DNA of 64,000 nucleotides from an uncultured virus (IMG/VR IMGVR_UViG_3300046096_000178). Lineage: Duplodnaviria; Heunggongvirae; Uroviricota; Caudoviricetes. Both the position numbers and the translations under genes were made by a program. The DNA lies in IMG/VR virus record IMGVR_UViG_3300046096_000178; one strand, given 5' to 3'. Under the pieces are notes generated by a model that saw nothing but the letters and a program-made list of their open reading frames with translations, was not told where the DNA came from and did no database searches. Below are positions 55,310-64,000 of the stretch, one piece after another (the first letter of the stretch is position 1; every line of letters starts with the position of its first letter).

Positions 55310-55667
55310 CGCTGCTACGGACGCAGTAACGGCGCTTATAGGAGCTTCTGGCAGGCTTCGTTTCCGATTGTCTGGCACGGTTGCAGCGCCTGGCACTTCG
55401 GTGGCTAACTTGGCCCTGAGTGCTACGGCATTCGGCGCGTCTGCTACTGGAACCGCTACGGCTAACGCGATTACAAGCGACACCAACGCCGCAGGCAATG
55501 CTTCCCCAGTGGCTACGGCTACGCTAGAAACATCCGGCGGAACTGTGGTCATTCATTGCGCAGTAGCTGCAAGTGGCTCTGATATCAACATGACCAACGG
55601 ATTGACAGTGACTGCGGGCGATACTGTGTCGTGTTCTAGTCTGACATACACTGCACTTTCAGCCTAA
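55278..55667 (+). CDS. Small conserved virion-associated beta protein (129 aa)
   Basis: STAARNA..DA.TA.IG...G.TV..SSLTYT pattern. Confidence 0.65.
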   Translation: MALTHSTAARNAATDAVTALIGASGRLRFRLSGTVAAPGTSVANLALSATAFGASATGTATANAITSDTNAAGNASPVATATLETSGGTVVIHCAVAASGSDINMTNGLTVTAGDTVSCSSLTYTALSA

Positions 55668-55670
55668 ACA

Positions 55671-56051
55671 ATGGCAACCTACGCAGACCGCGTTCTAGAA
55701 ACCTCGACTAGCACAGGTACGGGCAATATAACGCTCGCTGGTGCTGTGACGGGTTTCCGTGCATTTAGCCCTGCTATGTCGCTCAATGTAATGACTGATT
55801 ACGTCATAGAGGCGGTTGATGCATCCAACGTGCCAACAGGCGAATGGGAGACGGGGCGTGGATACTTGTCGGCATCTAACACGCTTGTCAGGTCAAGGCC
55901 AAACGCAGGCAGTGCAGCTACTCCCGTGTCATTCAGTGCTGGGACTAAGCGGGTATTTATCTCTCCCAACACAGCGTCAGCATTTACACGCGACAACAAT
56001 CTGAGCATTGGCAGGCAAGTTGCCATCTCTTTAAAGCAATATCAAGGGTAA
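55671..56051 (+). CDS. Fibre N-terminal-like virion protein
   Basis: ADRV.ET....GTG.ITLAGAV.GF...WE.G.G...FSAGTK.VF pattern. Confidence 0.65.
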   Translation: MATYADRVLETSTSTGTGNITLAGAVTGFRAFSPAMSLNVMTDYVIEAVDASNVPTGEWETGRGYLSASNTLVRSRPNAGSAATPVSFSAGTKRVFISPNTASAFTRDNNLSIGRQVAISLKQYQG

Positions 56052-56054
56052 AAC

Positions 56055-56504
56055 ATGAGCACGACTACTGGAAACGTACAGCCAATCTGGATAGCAAAAG
56101 GCGACCTGTCCAAGGATGGCACGACTGGTATGAACCAAGCCATTACACTCGCCGCTGCTGACTACACTGGCATTAGTGCAAATACTTCGCTGGTGTTTAC
56201 CGCAGGTGCGGACGGCGCACGTATCGAGCGTTTGAAGTTCACACCTGCGGGTACGAACGTGCAAACCGTTGCGCGAATCTTTATCAATAACGGCGCAGTC
56301 AACACGACTGCCGCCAACAATACTTTTATTGGTGAGATCACCTTACCCGCAACGACTGCAAGCGCAACGGCTGCACTTGTTTCGCCTGAGTTTGTTATGT
56401 CAGGCGGTGCGCTGGCTATCCCGGCTGGGTTCAAAATTTACGTCGGCCTAGGCACGGCTGTGGCTGCTGGCTGGGTGATCACTCCAATCGCTGGGCAATA
56501 CTAA
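56055..56504 (+). CDS. Beta-sandwich putative virion protein
   Basis: Ala/Thr/Gly-rich, coupled ORF. Confidence 0.6.
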   Translation: MSTTTGNVQPIWIAKGDLSKDGTTGMNQAITLAAADYTGISANTSLVFTAGADGARIERLKFTPAGTNVQTVARIFINNGAVNTTAANNTFIGEITLPATTASATAALVSPEFVMSGGALAIPAGFKIYVGLGTAVAAGWVITPIAGQY

Positions 56505-57388
56505 TGTTCGGCACTCCCCAAGGCGCGGAAGTAACTGACTTTTTCGGCAACAGCATAACTGCGGGTGGGGCGTGGCATACATGGACTAAGCGCAAGACCG
56601 CATCAATGGTGCATATCTTGTTGCTGGGTGCTGGTGGCAATGGTGGCACTGGTGCGGTGGGTGCAAATAGTACAGCGGCTGGCGGCGGTGGTGGTGGCTC
56701 TGGTGGCCAGACCTCGGTGCTTATCCCTGCTTACATGCTACCGGATGTGTTATACATCAGCTTGGCCTATGGCGGCGCTGCGGTAGCGTCTTACGTTTCG
56801 TTTGACCGTACAACTACGGCTCAAAGCGTACTTGCCATTGCTAACGCTGGTGGAAACGGCGGCAATGCTACTGGCGCTACGGCTGGCGCGGCTGGTGCTG
56901 CTGGTGCAATCGCAACCATTGCAACTATGCCTCGGGCGGGTGGTGGCTTTTACAACTTACTTGCAGGTCAAGCTGGCATTATCGGAGGCACCACGGTTGC
57001 CGCCGCTGCCTTGACGGCTCCCACTACTGGATTGATCGTAGCTGGAGGTACTGGCGGCGGTGGTCTTCCTGCTGCGGCTGCTGTGGGTACGGCTGGTGGG
57101 GCGTTTACAGCGACTGGCGTGTGGTTAACCCGTGCGGCTGCTACATCGGGTGGAGCATCAAGCGCGGGAACCAATGGCGGTTCTGGTGTTGAGTATTACA
57201 ACAACATCTTCCTGCCAACGCCGGGATGTGGCGGGTCTTCTGGTGGCGGAACTACTGGTGCATCCGGTGGCGGTGGTCATGGTTCCGTCGGGTGTGGTGG
57301 TGGTGGTTCCGGCGGTAGAATCACTGGTCAATTAGATGGCAGAATAGGCGTTGGCGGTACTGCTAATTGCATCATCACACAATGGTAA
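56504..57388 (+). CDS. Glycine-rich fibre/receptor-binding-like protein
   Basis: TWTK......V.I...GAGG.GG; many GGGG runs. Confidence 0.7.
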   Translation: MFGTPQGAEVTDFFGNSITAGGAWHTWTKRKTASMVHILLLGAGGNGGTGAVGANSTAAGGGGGGSGGQTSVLIPAYMLPDVLYISLAYGGAAVASYVSFDRTTTAQSVLAIANAGGNGGNATGATAGAAGAAGAIATIATMPRAGGGFYNLLAGQAGIIGGTTVAAAALTAPTTGLIVAGGTGGGGLPAAAAVGTAGGAFTATGVWLTRAAATSGGASSAGTNGGSGVEYYNNIFLPTPGCGGSSGGGTTGASGGGGHGSVGCGGGGSGGRITGQLDGRIGVGGTANCIITQW

Positions 57389-57391
57389 ACC

Positions 57392-57847
57392 ATGCAGTAT
57401 TTCAACATCCTTTATGAAGACGGCACATTACTTCTACAAGAGGTCTTTGCTGGTCAAGTAATCCGCTATTGCGACGAACTTGGCAATACGGTCACACCTC
57501 CATTGCTTGGCTCGCAAAACATGGGAACGGTAATTCCAGCGTTTCCAATTCCACCAGACCCAATCGTTATCCCTGAAGTAGTTGCACCGGTGGAAGTTGC
57601 GCCCGAAGTGGTAGCGACTCCAATTAATTACACCGACATTCTTGGCGCACCGCTGCGCACTATGACGTATGACGACAAAGGCCAATTAGTACGCATAGAC
57701 TACCCCGGCTCAAGCACTTATCAGATTCTTGAATATGACGCTGGTCGTTTGCGCAAGATCACCGAAGTGTCTCCTATTGGAATATGTTTCGAGCGCCATT
57801 ACTACTACGACAACTGGGGTCGGTGGGTGGAGGAAACCCAACTATGA
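57392..57847 (+). CDS. Hypothetical protein with short YD/RHS-like repeats
   Basis: TYDDKGQL, EYDAGRL, YYDNWGRW. Confidence 0.55.
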   Translation: MQYFNILYEDGTLLLQEVFAGQVIRYCDELGNTVTPPLLGSQNMGTVIPAFPIPPDPIVIPEVVAPVEVAPEVVATPINYTDILGAPLRTMTYDDKGQLVRIDYPGSSTYQILEYDAGRLRKITEVSPIGICFERHYYYDNWGRWVEETQL

Positions 57848-58020
57848 ACGAATTAGAGGAAAAGTTGCAATGCGTCATGATTGACGCAGGCGCTCAGATT
57901 GGCGAGTTACTGCGCTGCATTATTGAAGCGGAAGTAAACGCGCAACTCTCAAAAATTCAACAATTGCAAGCTGTGCTTAACGGTACGGACTGCTGTGGTG
58001 ACGTAACCCCGACCACGTAA
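57844..58020 (+). CDS. Cassette gene 1, second copy
   Basis: GGAGG RBS, ATG 57844; homolog of 7362..7562. Confidence 0.8.
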   Translation: MNELEEKLQCVMIDAGAQIGELLRCIIEAEVNAQLSKIQQLQAVLNGTDCCGDVTPTT

Positions 58021-58046
58021 GCGTCGGTTTTTTTAAGGGCTTTTTA

Positions 58047-58928
58047 ATGTCATCTCATGATTTTCACGACCCATTAGTGGGTACTTATAACGACAACTTG
58101 ACCTCTTTGGTCACTTGCTTGGCTACTACCTTCGGTGACGAAGTTGGCTTGGCGGTAAACGAAAAGATCAATGCTGTATTGCAACTCGAAGGTGTTGATA
58201 TTGCTGCTGTCACGGCACAGATCGCTACCCTCAATGCTTTGATGCAGTCTGACAATGCATCTGATGCTGCTACTGCACAGGCTATCGTCAGCCAACTGAC
58301 GGCACTGTCAAGCCGCATCACTTCGCTTGAGGCATCTACCGCTGTAGCTGACCTGACCGCTGCTGTTGCTGCTATTCAAGACGCTATCACCGCTGAAGCC
58401 GCTGCCCGTGTTGCTGGCGATGCTGCCAACGCTGCTGCTATTGCATCCGTAGCTGCCAGCGTTACAACTCTGCAAACAACCATTGCAACACTGGAGGCAT
58501 CCGTTGCCGCTGGTGGTGGTGGTTCTTGCGATTGCACTGCAATCAATACCGCTATCGCTGCCGTTGTTAGCGATGTAACTGCACTCAAGTCTAGCGATGC
58601 TGCTCAAGCTACCGCCATTGCTGACCTAACATCACGCATCCAAACGCTGGAAGTCAAGGCTGGTGACATCACTGCTGCATCCGCCGCCGCCGCTGCTGCA
58701 TCTTTGGCCGCTGCCGCCGCATCCGTCAAAGCTGACGCTGCTTCTGTCAAGGCCGACGCTGCTACAGCCGCTGCTGCGGCTAACGCTGCCGCCATCCGTG
58801 AGCTGGACGACCGCAACGAAGAACAGCATGGTCGCTTCATCCATAAGAACGAGATCAAAGACATTGATTGCGCCGCTATCGGTAGCGCATTCCGTGCTGC
58901 GATGCGTTCTAAAATGAACCTGAGCTAA
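58047..58928 (+). CDS. Cassette gene 2, second copy: Ala-rich coiled coil
   Basis: YN..LT.LV.CLA.TFG.EVG.AV..K, STA.ADL, CDC.AIN.AIA, SDAAQAT.IA, EIK.I.CAA.G..FR.AMR shared with 7586..8440. Confidence 0.85.
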   Translation: MSSHDFHDPLVGTYNDNLTSLVTCLATTFGDEVGLAVNEKINAVLQLEGVDIAAVTAQIATLNALMQSDNASDAATAQAIVSQLTALSSRITSLEASTAVADLTAAVAAIQDAITAEAAARVAGDAANAAAIASVAASVTTLQTTIATLEASVAAGGGGSCDCTAINTAIAAVVSDVTALKSSDAAQATAIADLTSRIQTLEVKAGDITAASAAAAAASLAAAAASVKADAASVKADAATAAAAANAAAIRELDDRNEEQHGRFIHKNEIKDIDCAAIGSAFRAAMRSKMNLS

Positions 58929-58934
58929 TCAATT

Positions 58935-58960
58935 GGGGCGGTTTAATCGCCGCCCCTTTT
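58935..58960 (+). terminator. Intrinsic terminator after cassette gene 2
   Basis: GGGGCGG...CCGCCCC-TTTT. Confidence 0.75.
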
Positions 58961-58963
58961 ACT

Positions 58964-59146
58964 ATGAACATCATCACTACCAAAGTGCAGCGCGAAAAGA
59001 GACTGGAAACTTGCAAAGAGTGTCCGGAAAAAGTTGTGCGCTTTGGTAGTGACGTATGTGGACTGTGTAACTGCCCATTGGCGGGTAAGTCAATCCTAAT
59101 AGCCGCAAAATGTCCCGCTGGTAGGTGGGAGTTACTGCCTTGCTAG
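58964..59146 (+). CDS. Cassette gene 3, second copy: 60-aa six-Cys protein
   Basis: RLETCKECPEK...CGLCNCPLAGK...CPAGRW. Confidence 0.75.
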   Translation: MNIITTKVQREKRLETCKECPEKVVRFGSDVCGLCNCPLAGKSILIAAKCPAGRWELLPC

Positions 59147-60123
59147 GTATAAATACACTAGGCTCGCAGCCTATATCGGCACTTAGCTCGGGAGCTTCTA
59201 CCCCTCCAACTACGGTTACGCACGATACAAGCGGGGCGATCGTTGGCGTTATTGGGTCTGTATCTGGCTCTGCGGCGCGGCTTCATGCTTTCAGCACGTC
59301 TGGTGCTTTATCTGGACAGATTGGTGCTGTATCAGGCACTGCAACACGCATACACGCATTCTCTGCCACTGGTGCATTGATTGGCCCTGGCGGTTCTTTG
59401 GCTGGAACTGCTAACAGAATCCGCTCGATGGCAACGTCTGGCGTATTGGCGGGGCAGTCTTCATTGCTGGCAGGCTCTGCGGCTCGCTCTGGTGCAGTTT
59501 TGAGCCATGATACAACAGGTGCTATCGTTGGTCCTGGCGCATCAATCTCTGGTGCATCGAATCGGACTAGAGCAATATCGTCTTCTGGCGCGTTAATTGG
59601 CCAAAGCGCATTGCTTGCTGGTTCTGCTACTCGATCCGGTGCAGTCGTAAGTCATGCTACTAGCGGCGCTCTTGTTGGTCAAATAGGCTCAATTGCAGGC
59701 GTTGCAGTCCACCAATCACTGCACACATATAGCGGCGCTATCGTTGGACAATTGGGTTCAATATCCGCGATTGCCACTCGCACGTCGTCGGTCTTAACTC
59801 CTACCAAATTGGGAGGCGATGATGCGTTTCACCACAATAAGCATACTGGCTGGAATAAAAAGACGTGGCAGAAAAAGCAGCTTCGCGAAGATGCTATTGA
59901 ATCAACCATCGAGGCCACTTATCAACAATTGATGGGGTTTGCGCCAGCGCCTGCCGTGGTGGCAGAGATTAAGCGCGAAGCAAAGGCCGAGATACCTCGA
60001 ATCGATTACACGCAAGAGCGCAAGTTCATTGATTGGTTATCGGCTGAAATACAATCTATCCGCAATATTGAGCGAGATATTGAAGACGACGACGAAGAAG
60101 CAATGATGCTTTTAATGGGGTAA
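59140..60123 (+). CDS. Repeat protein (~8 repeats of 23-26 aa) with acidic DDDEEAMMLLMG C-terminus
   Basis: Repeats of TSGAL.G....(V/L)(S/A)G(S/T)A.R; likely TTG start after GGGAG. Confidence 0.7.
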   Translation: MLGINTLGSQPISALSSGASTPPTTVTHDTSGAIVGVIGSVSGSAARLHAFSTSGALSGQIGAVSGTATRIHAFSATGALIGPGGSLAGTANRIRSMATSGVLAGQSSLLAGSAARSGAVLSHDTTGAIVGPGASISGASNRTRAISSSGALIGQSALLAGSATRSGAVVSHATSGALVGQIGSIAGVAVHQSLHTYSGAIVGQLGSISAIATRTSSVLTPTKLGGDDAFHHNKHTGWNKKTWQKKQLREDAIESTIEATYQQLMGFAPAPAVVAEIKREAKAEIPRIDYTQERKFIDWLSAEIQSIRNIERDIEDDDEEAMMLLMG

Positions 60124-60125
60124 AT

Positions 60126-60524
60126 ATGAACTATTCAAAGATACAAGAGCAATTGGGATTTTCAGAATCTGATAAAGCTACATGGATAGCAAACAACGGC
60201 AAGTATTACCAAGACCCAGAGCAGGGATGGATTGACAAACTAATAATGCACGCTTACCCAACGCGCACAGCTTCCGTTTATGTAATGCCGTCTTATCAAT
60301 CGCCTATTAGTGGAAAATGGATTGACACACCATCGCAGCGCCGTGACGATATGGCCCGTAATAACTCCCGCCCTTGGGAGGGTATGGAATCAGAGCGCAA
60401 AGCTGCAAGCGAACGAGTTAAAATCGAGGAAAAGCAAAAAGATACTGCCATTGAAAACGCAGTAGTTGGCGCTTATCATTCACTCAGCGATGATAAGAAA
60501 TCAATATTATCTAACGCTTTGTGA
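60126..60524 (+). CDS. Conserved pre-scaffold phage protein
   Basis: Y.SPI.GK.I....QRR.DM pattern. Confidence 0.6.
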   Translation: MNYSKIQEQLGFSESDKATWIANNGKYYQDPEQGWIDKLIMHAYPTRTASVYVMPSYQSPISGKWIDTPSQRRDDMARNNSRPWEGMESERKAASERVKIEEKQKDTAIENAVVGAYHSLSDDKKSILSNAL

Positions 60525-60559
60525 TATAACCCTGCTATATAGCAGAAATTGGAGTAAAA

Positions 60560-61594
60560 ATGCAAGATGATGCGGACCTCTCAACAGAGGAAATTGAAAA
60601 ACCCGAAGCGCTTTCGATGGACGATACCATCCGGCAAACTTTGGAGAATATCGAATCCCGTGCCGATGATCGAGACGAAAATGGCAGGTTCACATCAAAA
60701 GAAACTCCAACAGAGCCAACAGAGCCCAAACCCGCAGAGCCCGAGGCAAGCGAAGAAGTCGCACCAGAGATTGCCGCTACTGAGCCAGAGCAAGTAACTA
60801 TCCCCACTGAATTGCAGCGATTGGGTTTACGCAAAGAAGCGGCCAGCGCTATTGCAAAAGACCCCGTAGTGATGCAAGAGTTTATCCGTCGCTCGGATGA
60901 AATGCACCGTGGGTTAGAGCAGTACCGCGAAAAAGCACAATTCGGTGACACGATGCGCAATGCGCTATCGCCATACATGCGCAACATTGAAGCTACGGGC
61001 ATGGCTCCCGATGTGGCGGTTCAAGGCTTATTACAAGCTGACTCTATGCTGCGCACTGGAAGCTCAGAGCAGAAAGTACAAATGCTGCACAAAATTGCAG
61101 CGGACTACGGAATTGACATTCTCCAAGCGGCGCAAACACAAGTCGCGCCATTTGATAGCAACTCATACGCACTCCAACAAAAGCTTACCCAAATGGAAAG
61201 CTGGATTGCACAACAAACCCAAGCACGTCAGCAGCAAGAGAGCGCAACGCTTAACAGCGAAGTAGAAAGATTCTCAAGCGACCCCGCTAACGTGCATTTT
61301 GCGGCAGTTCGGGACGACATGGCTGACCTCATACAGGTTGGAATGGCTGCCGACCTCCGAGACGCCTATGAAAAGGCAATCTATGCTAACCCGACAGTAC
61401 GCGCTCAAGTGCTTGCCCAACAGCAAGTCAAAGCAGAGACTGAGAGGAAAGCGATTGCTACTCAGAAAGCGCAATCTGCCAAGCAGGCGGCTGCGGTTAA
61501 TGTATCTCGCAAGGGTACTTTGCCATCAGCAAGAGCCGTTGGCAGCATCGACGACACCATCAGGGACACAGCTCGCGAGCTGGGTCTAATCTAA
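60560..61594 (+). CDS. Scaffolding protein (module B)
   Basis: Acidic Pro-rich N-terminus with RDENGRF, helical C-terminus, directly before the capsid gene. Confidence 0.75.
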   Translation: MQDDADLSTEEIEKPEALSMDDTIRQTLENIESRADDRDENGRFTSKETPTEPTEPKPAEPEASEEVAPEIAATEPEQVTIPTELQRLGLRKEAASAIAKDPVVMQEFIRRSDEMHRGLEQYREKAQFGDTMRNALSPYMRNIEATGMAPDVAVQGLLQADSMLRTGSSEQKVQMLHKIAADYGIDILQAAQTQVAPFDSNSYALQQKLTQMESWIAQQTQARQQQESATLNSEVERFSSDPANVHFAAVRDDMADLIQVGMAADLRDAYEKAIYANPTVRAQVLAQQQVKAETERKAIATQKAQSAKQAAAVNVSRKGTLPSARAVGSIDDTIRDTARELGLI

Positions 61595-61611
61595 TCTTTT
61601 AGGAGTTAATC

Positions 61612-62589
61612 ATGGCCTCTCCCGGTCAAAGCACCCTTTTCAATACCTTCACCGAACTGGTGAGCACTACTTATCGCAACCACAAAAAAGAAGTTGCCGA
61701 TAACGTTTCCAACCACAATGCACTGTATCGCCGTATTACAGAGAAAGGTCGTATCCGCTTGGAAGATGGTGGCTTGTCTATCGTCACGCCTTTGGACTAC
61801 GCAGCTAACAGCACATACCAACGTTACTCCGGCTTTGACGTTTTGAACGTCGGTGCTGTTGACGTTATCTCTGCCGCTGAATATGCATGGCGACAAGTTG
61901 CTGTTAACGTGGCCGCTTCCGGTTTGGAAATTCGCACTAACAGCGGCTCCAATCGCATCATCAACTTTGTGAAAACAAAGCTGAAAAATGCCCAGCGTTC
62001 GATGGCTAACGGCTTGTCTGGTGACTTGTACTCTGACGGTACAGCATCTAACCAGATGAACGGCATTCAAGCATTGGTTTCTGACCTTGGCACTGGTACT
62101 GTGGGTGGTATCAACTCCACCAACTTCCCATTCTGGCAAAACCAAGTAATCAGCGCTGCTACTCAGGCTGTCACCGTTTCCGCTGCAACTATCGAAGCTG
62201 GCATCATGCTGCCTTTGTGGCTGCAATGTACCCGTGGCAACGATACGCCTGACTTGATCGTTATGGACTCGAACTATTTCAGCTTCTATGAAGCCTCGCA
62301 ATCGTCTTTGAAGCGTTACGCTCCTGCTGACGAAGGTAAAGGCGGCATGATCAGCATGAAGTACAAGACCGCTGACGTGTTCTTTGATTCAAGCGCATCC
62401 GGCATCCCTGCTAACCATATGTACTTCTTGAATTCCGACTTCCTAGAGTTGGTTGTTCATCAAGATGCAAATATGGAAATCATGCCAGAGCTGCGTTCTG
62501 TCAATCAAGACGCATTGGTTATTCCAGTGTTGTTCCAAGGTAACTTGGTATGTTCTAACCGCGCTCGCCAGGGCGTTGGTAAGGCGTAA
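61612..62589 (+). CDS. Major capsid protein (module B)
   Basis: AGGAG RBS; ADNVS.HNAL, YSGFD.L, LYSDGT, GGIN...FWQN, NL.CSNR..QG motifs. Confidence 0.88.
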   Translation: MASPGQSTLFNTFTELVSTTYRNHKKEVADNVSNHNALYRRITEKGRIRLEDGGLSIVTPLDYAANSTYQRYSGFDVLNVGAVDVISAAEYAWRQVAVNVAASGLEIRTNSGSNRIINFVKTKLKNAQRSMANGLSGDLYSDGTASNQMNGIQALVSDLGTGTVGGINSTNFPFWQNQVISAATQAVTVSAATIEAGIMLPLWLQCTRGNDTPDLIVMDSNYFSFYEASQSSLKRYAPADEGKGGMISMKYKTADVFFDSSASGIPANHMYFLNSDFLELVVHQDANMEIMPELRSVNQDALVIPVLFQGNLVCSNRARQGVGKA

Positions 62590-62634
62590 TTTATAGGGCC
62601 GGGGGAACCTGGCCCATAACTTAAAGGAATCAAA

Positions 62635-63351
62635 ATGTTTTCAGCAATTTCCCCCACTCTGGGCACTCAACCATTCAATGACTGGTTCGCCCCTGACACC
62701 GTGCAACGTCACCCCCTCGGCATGACCGTTACCGCCGTGGATCCCTATTGGGGAACGGGCAAGTTTGTCTACATCAAATCAGCTGCAGCTATCCTCAAGG
62801 GTTCGCTGGTAATGTGGTCTGAACTCTATGAAGGCGCTCTGTTGCCATCTACCGCTGGTCAAGGTTTCGCCTTTGGCGTGGCAATGGCTCCTACTGCCTC
62901 TGGCTCTTACGGCTGGGTTCAAACCGAAGGTTTGGCAGTGTACAAGACCAATGCAACCGTTGCGGCTGATACAGCCGTAGCAGTGGCAGCGGCTGGTATC
63001 GCTGGAACTTTAGCCGCTGGCAAACAACTGCTAGGCACTCGCAACCGCATCGCTGCAACCGGTACAAAAACCGTTACTGCTGCGACTGTGCTGGGTTCTG
63101 GCAAGGTTGTCTGTGCATCCGGTTACGATGGTTTCTTCCTCGGCATGGCATTGTCCGGCACTGGCATCCCCGCTAGTACCGTGGTAGCTGCTCTCGATCC
63201 CGATGGACGCACTATCTACACTGGCTCTGCTATCGGAACCACTGGCGATAAAAACGCGACTGCATCCGGTTCTATTACCCTCACGGGTACTTACACTGGC
63301 TACGGCGCTGGGGTTATCAACAACCCATGCGCACAGGGCCAGATTCTCTAA
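62635..63351 (+). CDS. Minor capsid/decoration-like protein
   Basis: PLG..V.A.DP.WG.G.FVY..., YGW.Q..G; follows the capsid gene. Confidence 0.65.
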   Translation: MFSAISPTLGTQPFNDWFAPDTVQRHPLGMTVTAVDPYWGTGKFVYIKSAAAILKGSLVMWSELYEGALLPSTAGQGFAFGVAMAPTASGSYGWVQTEGLAVYKTNATVAADTAVAVAAAGIAGTLAAGKQLLGTRNRIAATGTKTVTAATVLGSGKVVCASGYDGFFLGMALSGTGIPASTVVAALDPDGRTIYTGSAIGTTGDKNATASGSITLTGTYTGYGAGVINNPCAQGQIL

Positions 63352-63363
63352 TCAGAATCTTGG

Positions 63364-63386
63364 AAGGGGCTTCGGCCCCTTTTATT
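63364..63386 (+). terminator. Intrinsic terminator
   Basis: AAGGGGC-TTCG-GCCCCTT-TTATT. Confidence 0.85.
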
Positions 63387-63440
63387 CCAGAGTGTACTAA
63401 TCAGTGCATTCTGCAATAAATCCTAAACAGGAAAGAGAAA

Positions 63441-64000
63441 ATGGAATTACATCAAGCACGCCCCCCATTCGTTGAATTCAAACGTGTCGCAATTCACGAC
63501 AAACTTAGATCCGAAGAACTAGGTCGTCGGGTTACCAAAGACTTGGACATGGCATTTATCATGCAACCAGGCTCAAAAGATCAAGTCGAGCGTATTGCCG
63601 TTGATTGGCTGGCCATGCTAAAAATCAAGTCTGTGAACGGGTCTCCTGATGCTTACCCGCAAGAATGGATTGATGGATTCCACCGCAAGTTTGACTCTTG
63701 GAAAAATGGGCAAGATGCGCCATTGGACGGCACATCCGTTAAAGAATGGCCAGTATTGTCACCGTCCCAAGCTGATAACTTTATCTCAATGCGCATATTG
63801 ACAATTGAAGACGTTGCAGCTATGACCGAGGAAGCTATGCGCTCTTATGGCATGGGTGGCCGTGAGTTTAAGCAAAAGGCGCAAGAATGGTGCAAAGGCA
63901 AAGATTCTGCAACTCTTGAGAATGAGTTTCTCAAAAAGCAATTGTTAGAGCTAACGCAAAGGCTTTCACAATTGGAGCAAATCGCAGATAATACAGACGA
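63441..64000 (+). CDS. Conserved post-capsid protein, truncated by the window end
   Basis: Open frame MELHQARPPFVEFKR...GTSVKEWP...TIEDVAA to the window edge. Confidence 0.7.
   Translation, partial: MELHQARPPFVEFKRVAIHDKLRSEELGRRVTKDLDMAFIMQPGSKDQVERIAVDWLAMLKIKSVNGSPDAYPQEWIDGFHRKFDSWKNGQDAPLDGTSVKEWPVLSPSQADNFISMRILTIEDVAAMTEEAMRSYGMGGREFKQKAQEWCKGKDSATLENEFLKKQLLELTQRLSQLEQIADNTD

Noticed and set aside
57392..57847. RHS toxin
   Set aside because: Only three short YD-like repeats; no RHS core or toxin domain.
7362..59146. The shared cassette as a recent duplication or the cause of misassembly
   Set aside because: The copies are clearly diverged at DNA level and lie far from the compositional junction.
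1..64000. tRNA, rRNA or host chromosomal genes
   Set aside because: None recognised by eye; a tRNAscan/Infernal run would be needed to exclude them formally.

Overview
The whole window is tailed-phage (Caudoviricetes) DNA, but it reads as two phages joined near 32-33.3 kb. Segment A (1 to ~33.2 kb, all + strand) is a complete siphovirus-type morphogenesis module: HNH-AP2 genes, GpA-type terminase, portal, a ~9.6 kb accessory block, S49 protease/scaffold, decoration protein, capsid, neck, tail tube, frameshifted tail chaperone, a 2525-aa tape measure and tail-tip genes. Segment B (~33.3-64 kb) has lysis genes and a lambdoid-style early region: Sak4/SSB/Gp157 recombination genes, a Cro-like regulator, two DNA methyltransferases, dUTPase, Rha-antirepressor, replication initiator, DnaC, NinB and NinG. 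No cI or integrase is visible. B then carries a second, unrelated packaging/head module (terminase, 765-aa portal, accessory block, scaffold, capsid) that runs off the window end. Segment A strongly avoids GATC (4 sites by manual count) and B does not, so the join is either an assembly chimera or a recent recombinant. The best candidate for an undescribed system is the portal-to-scaffold accessory locus, which has the same layout in both unrelated head modules. It includes a homologous three-gene cassette: a small Cys/helical protein, a ~290-aa Ala-rich coiled coil with conserved cysteines, a terminator, and a 60-aa six-Cys protein. Also seen: a repeated GTAA-N6-TTAC operator/promoter in B and two structured RNA leaders with loop-loop complementarity. 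All family names come from motif recognition by eye; no database searches were run.
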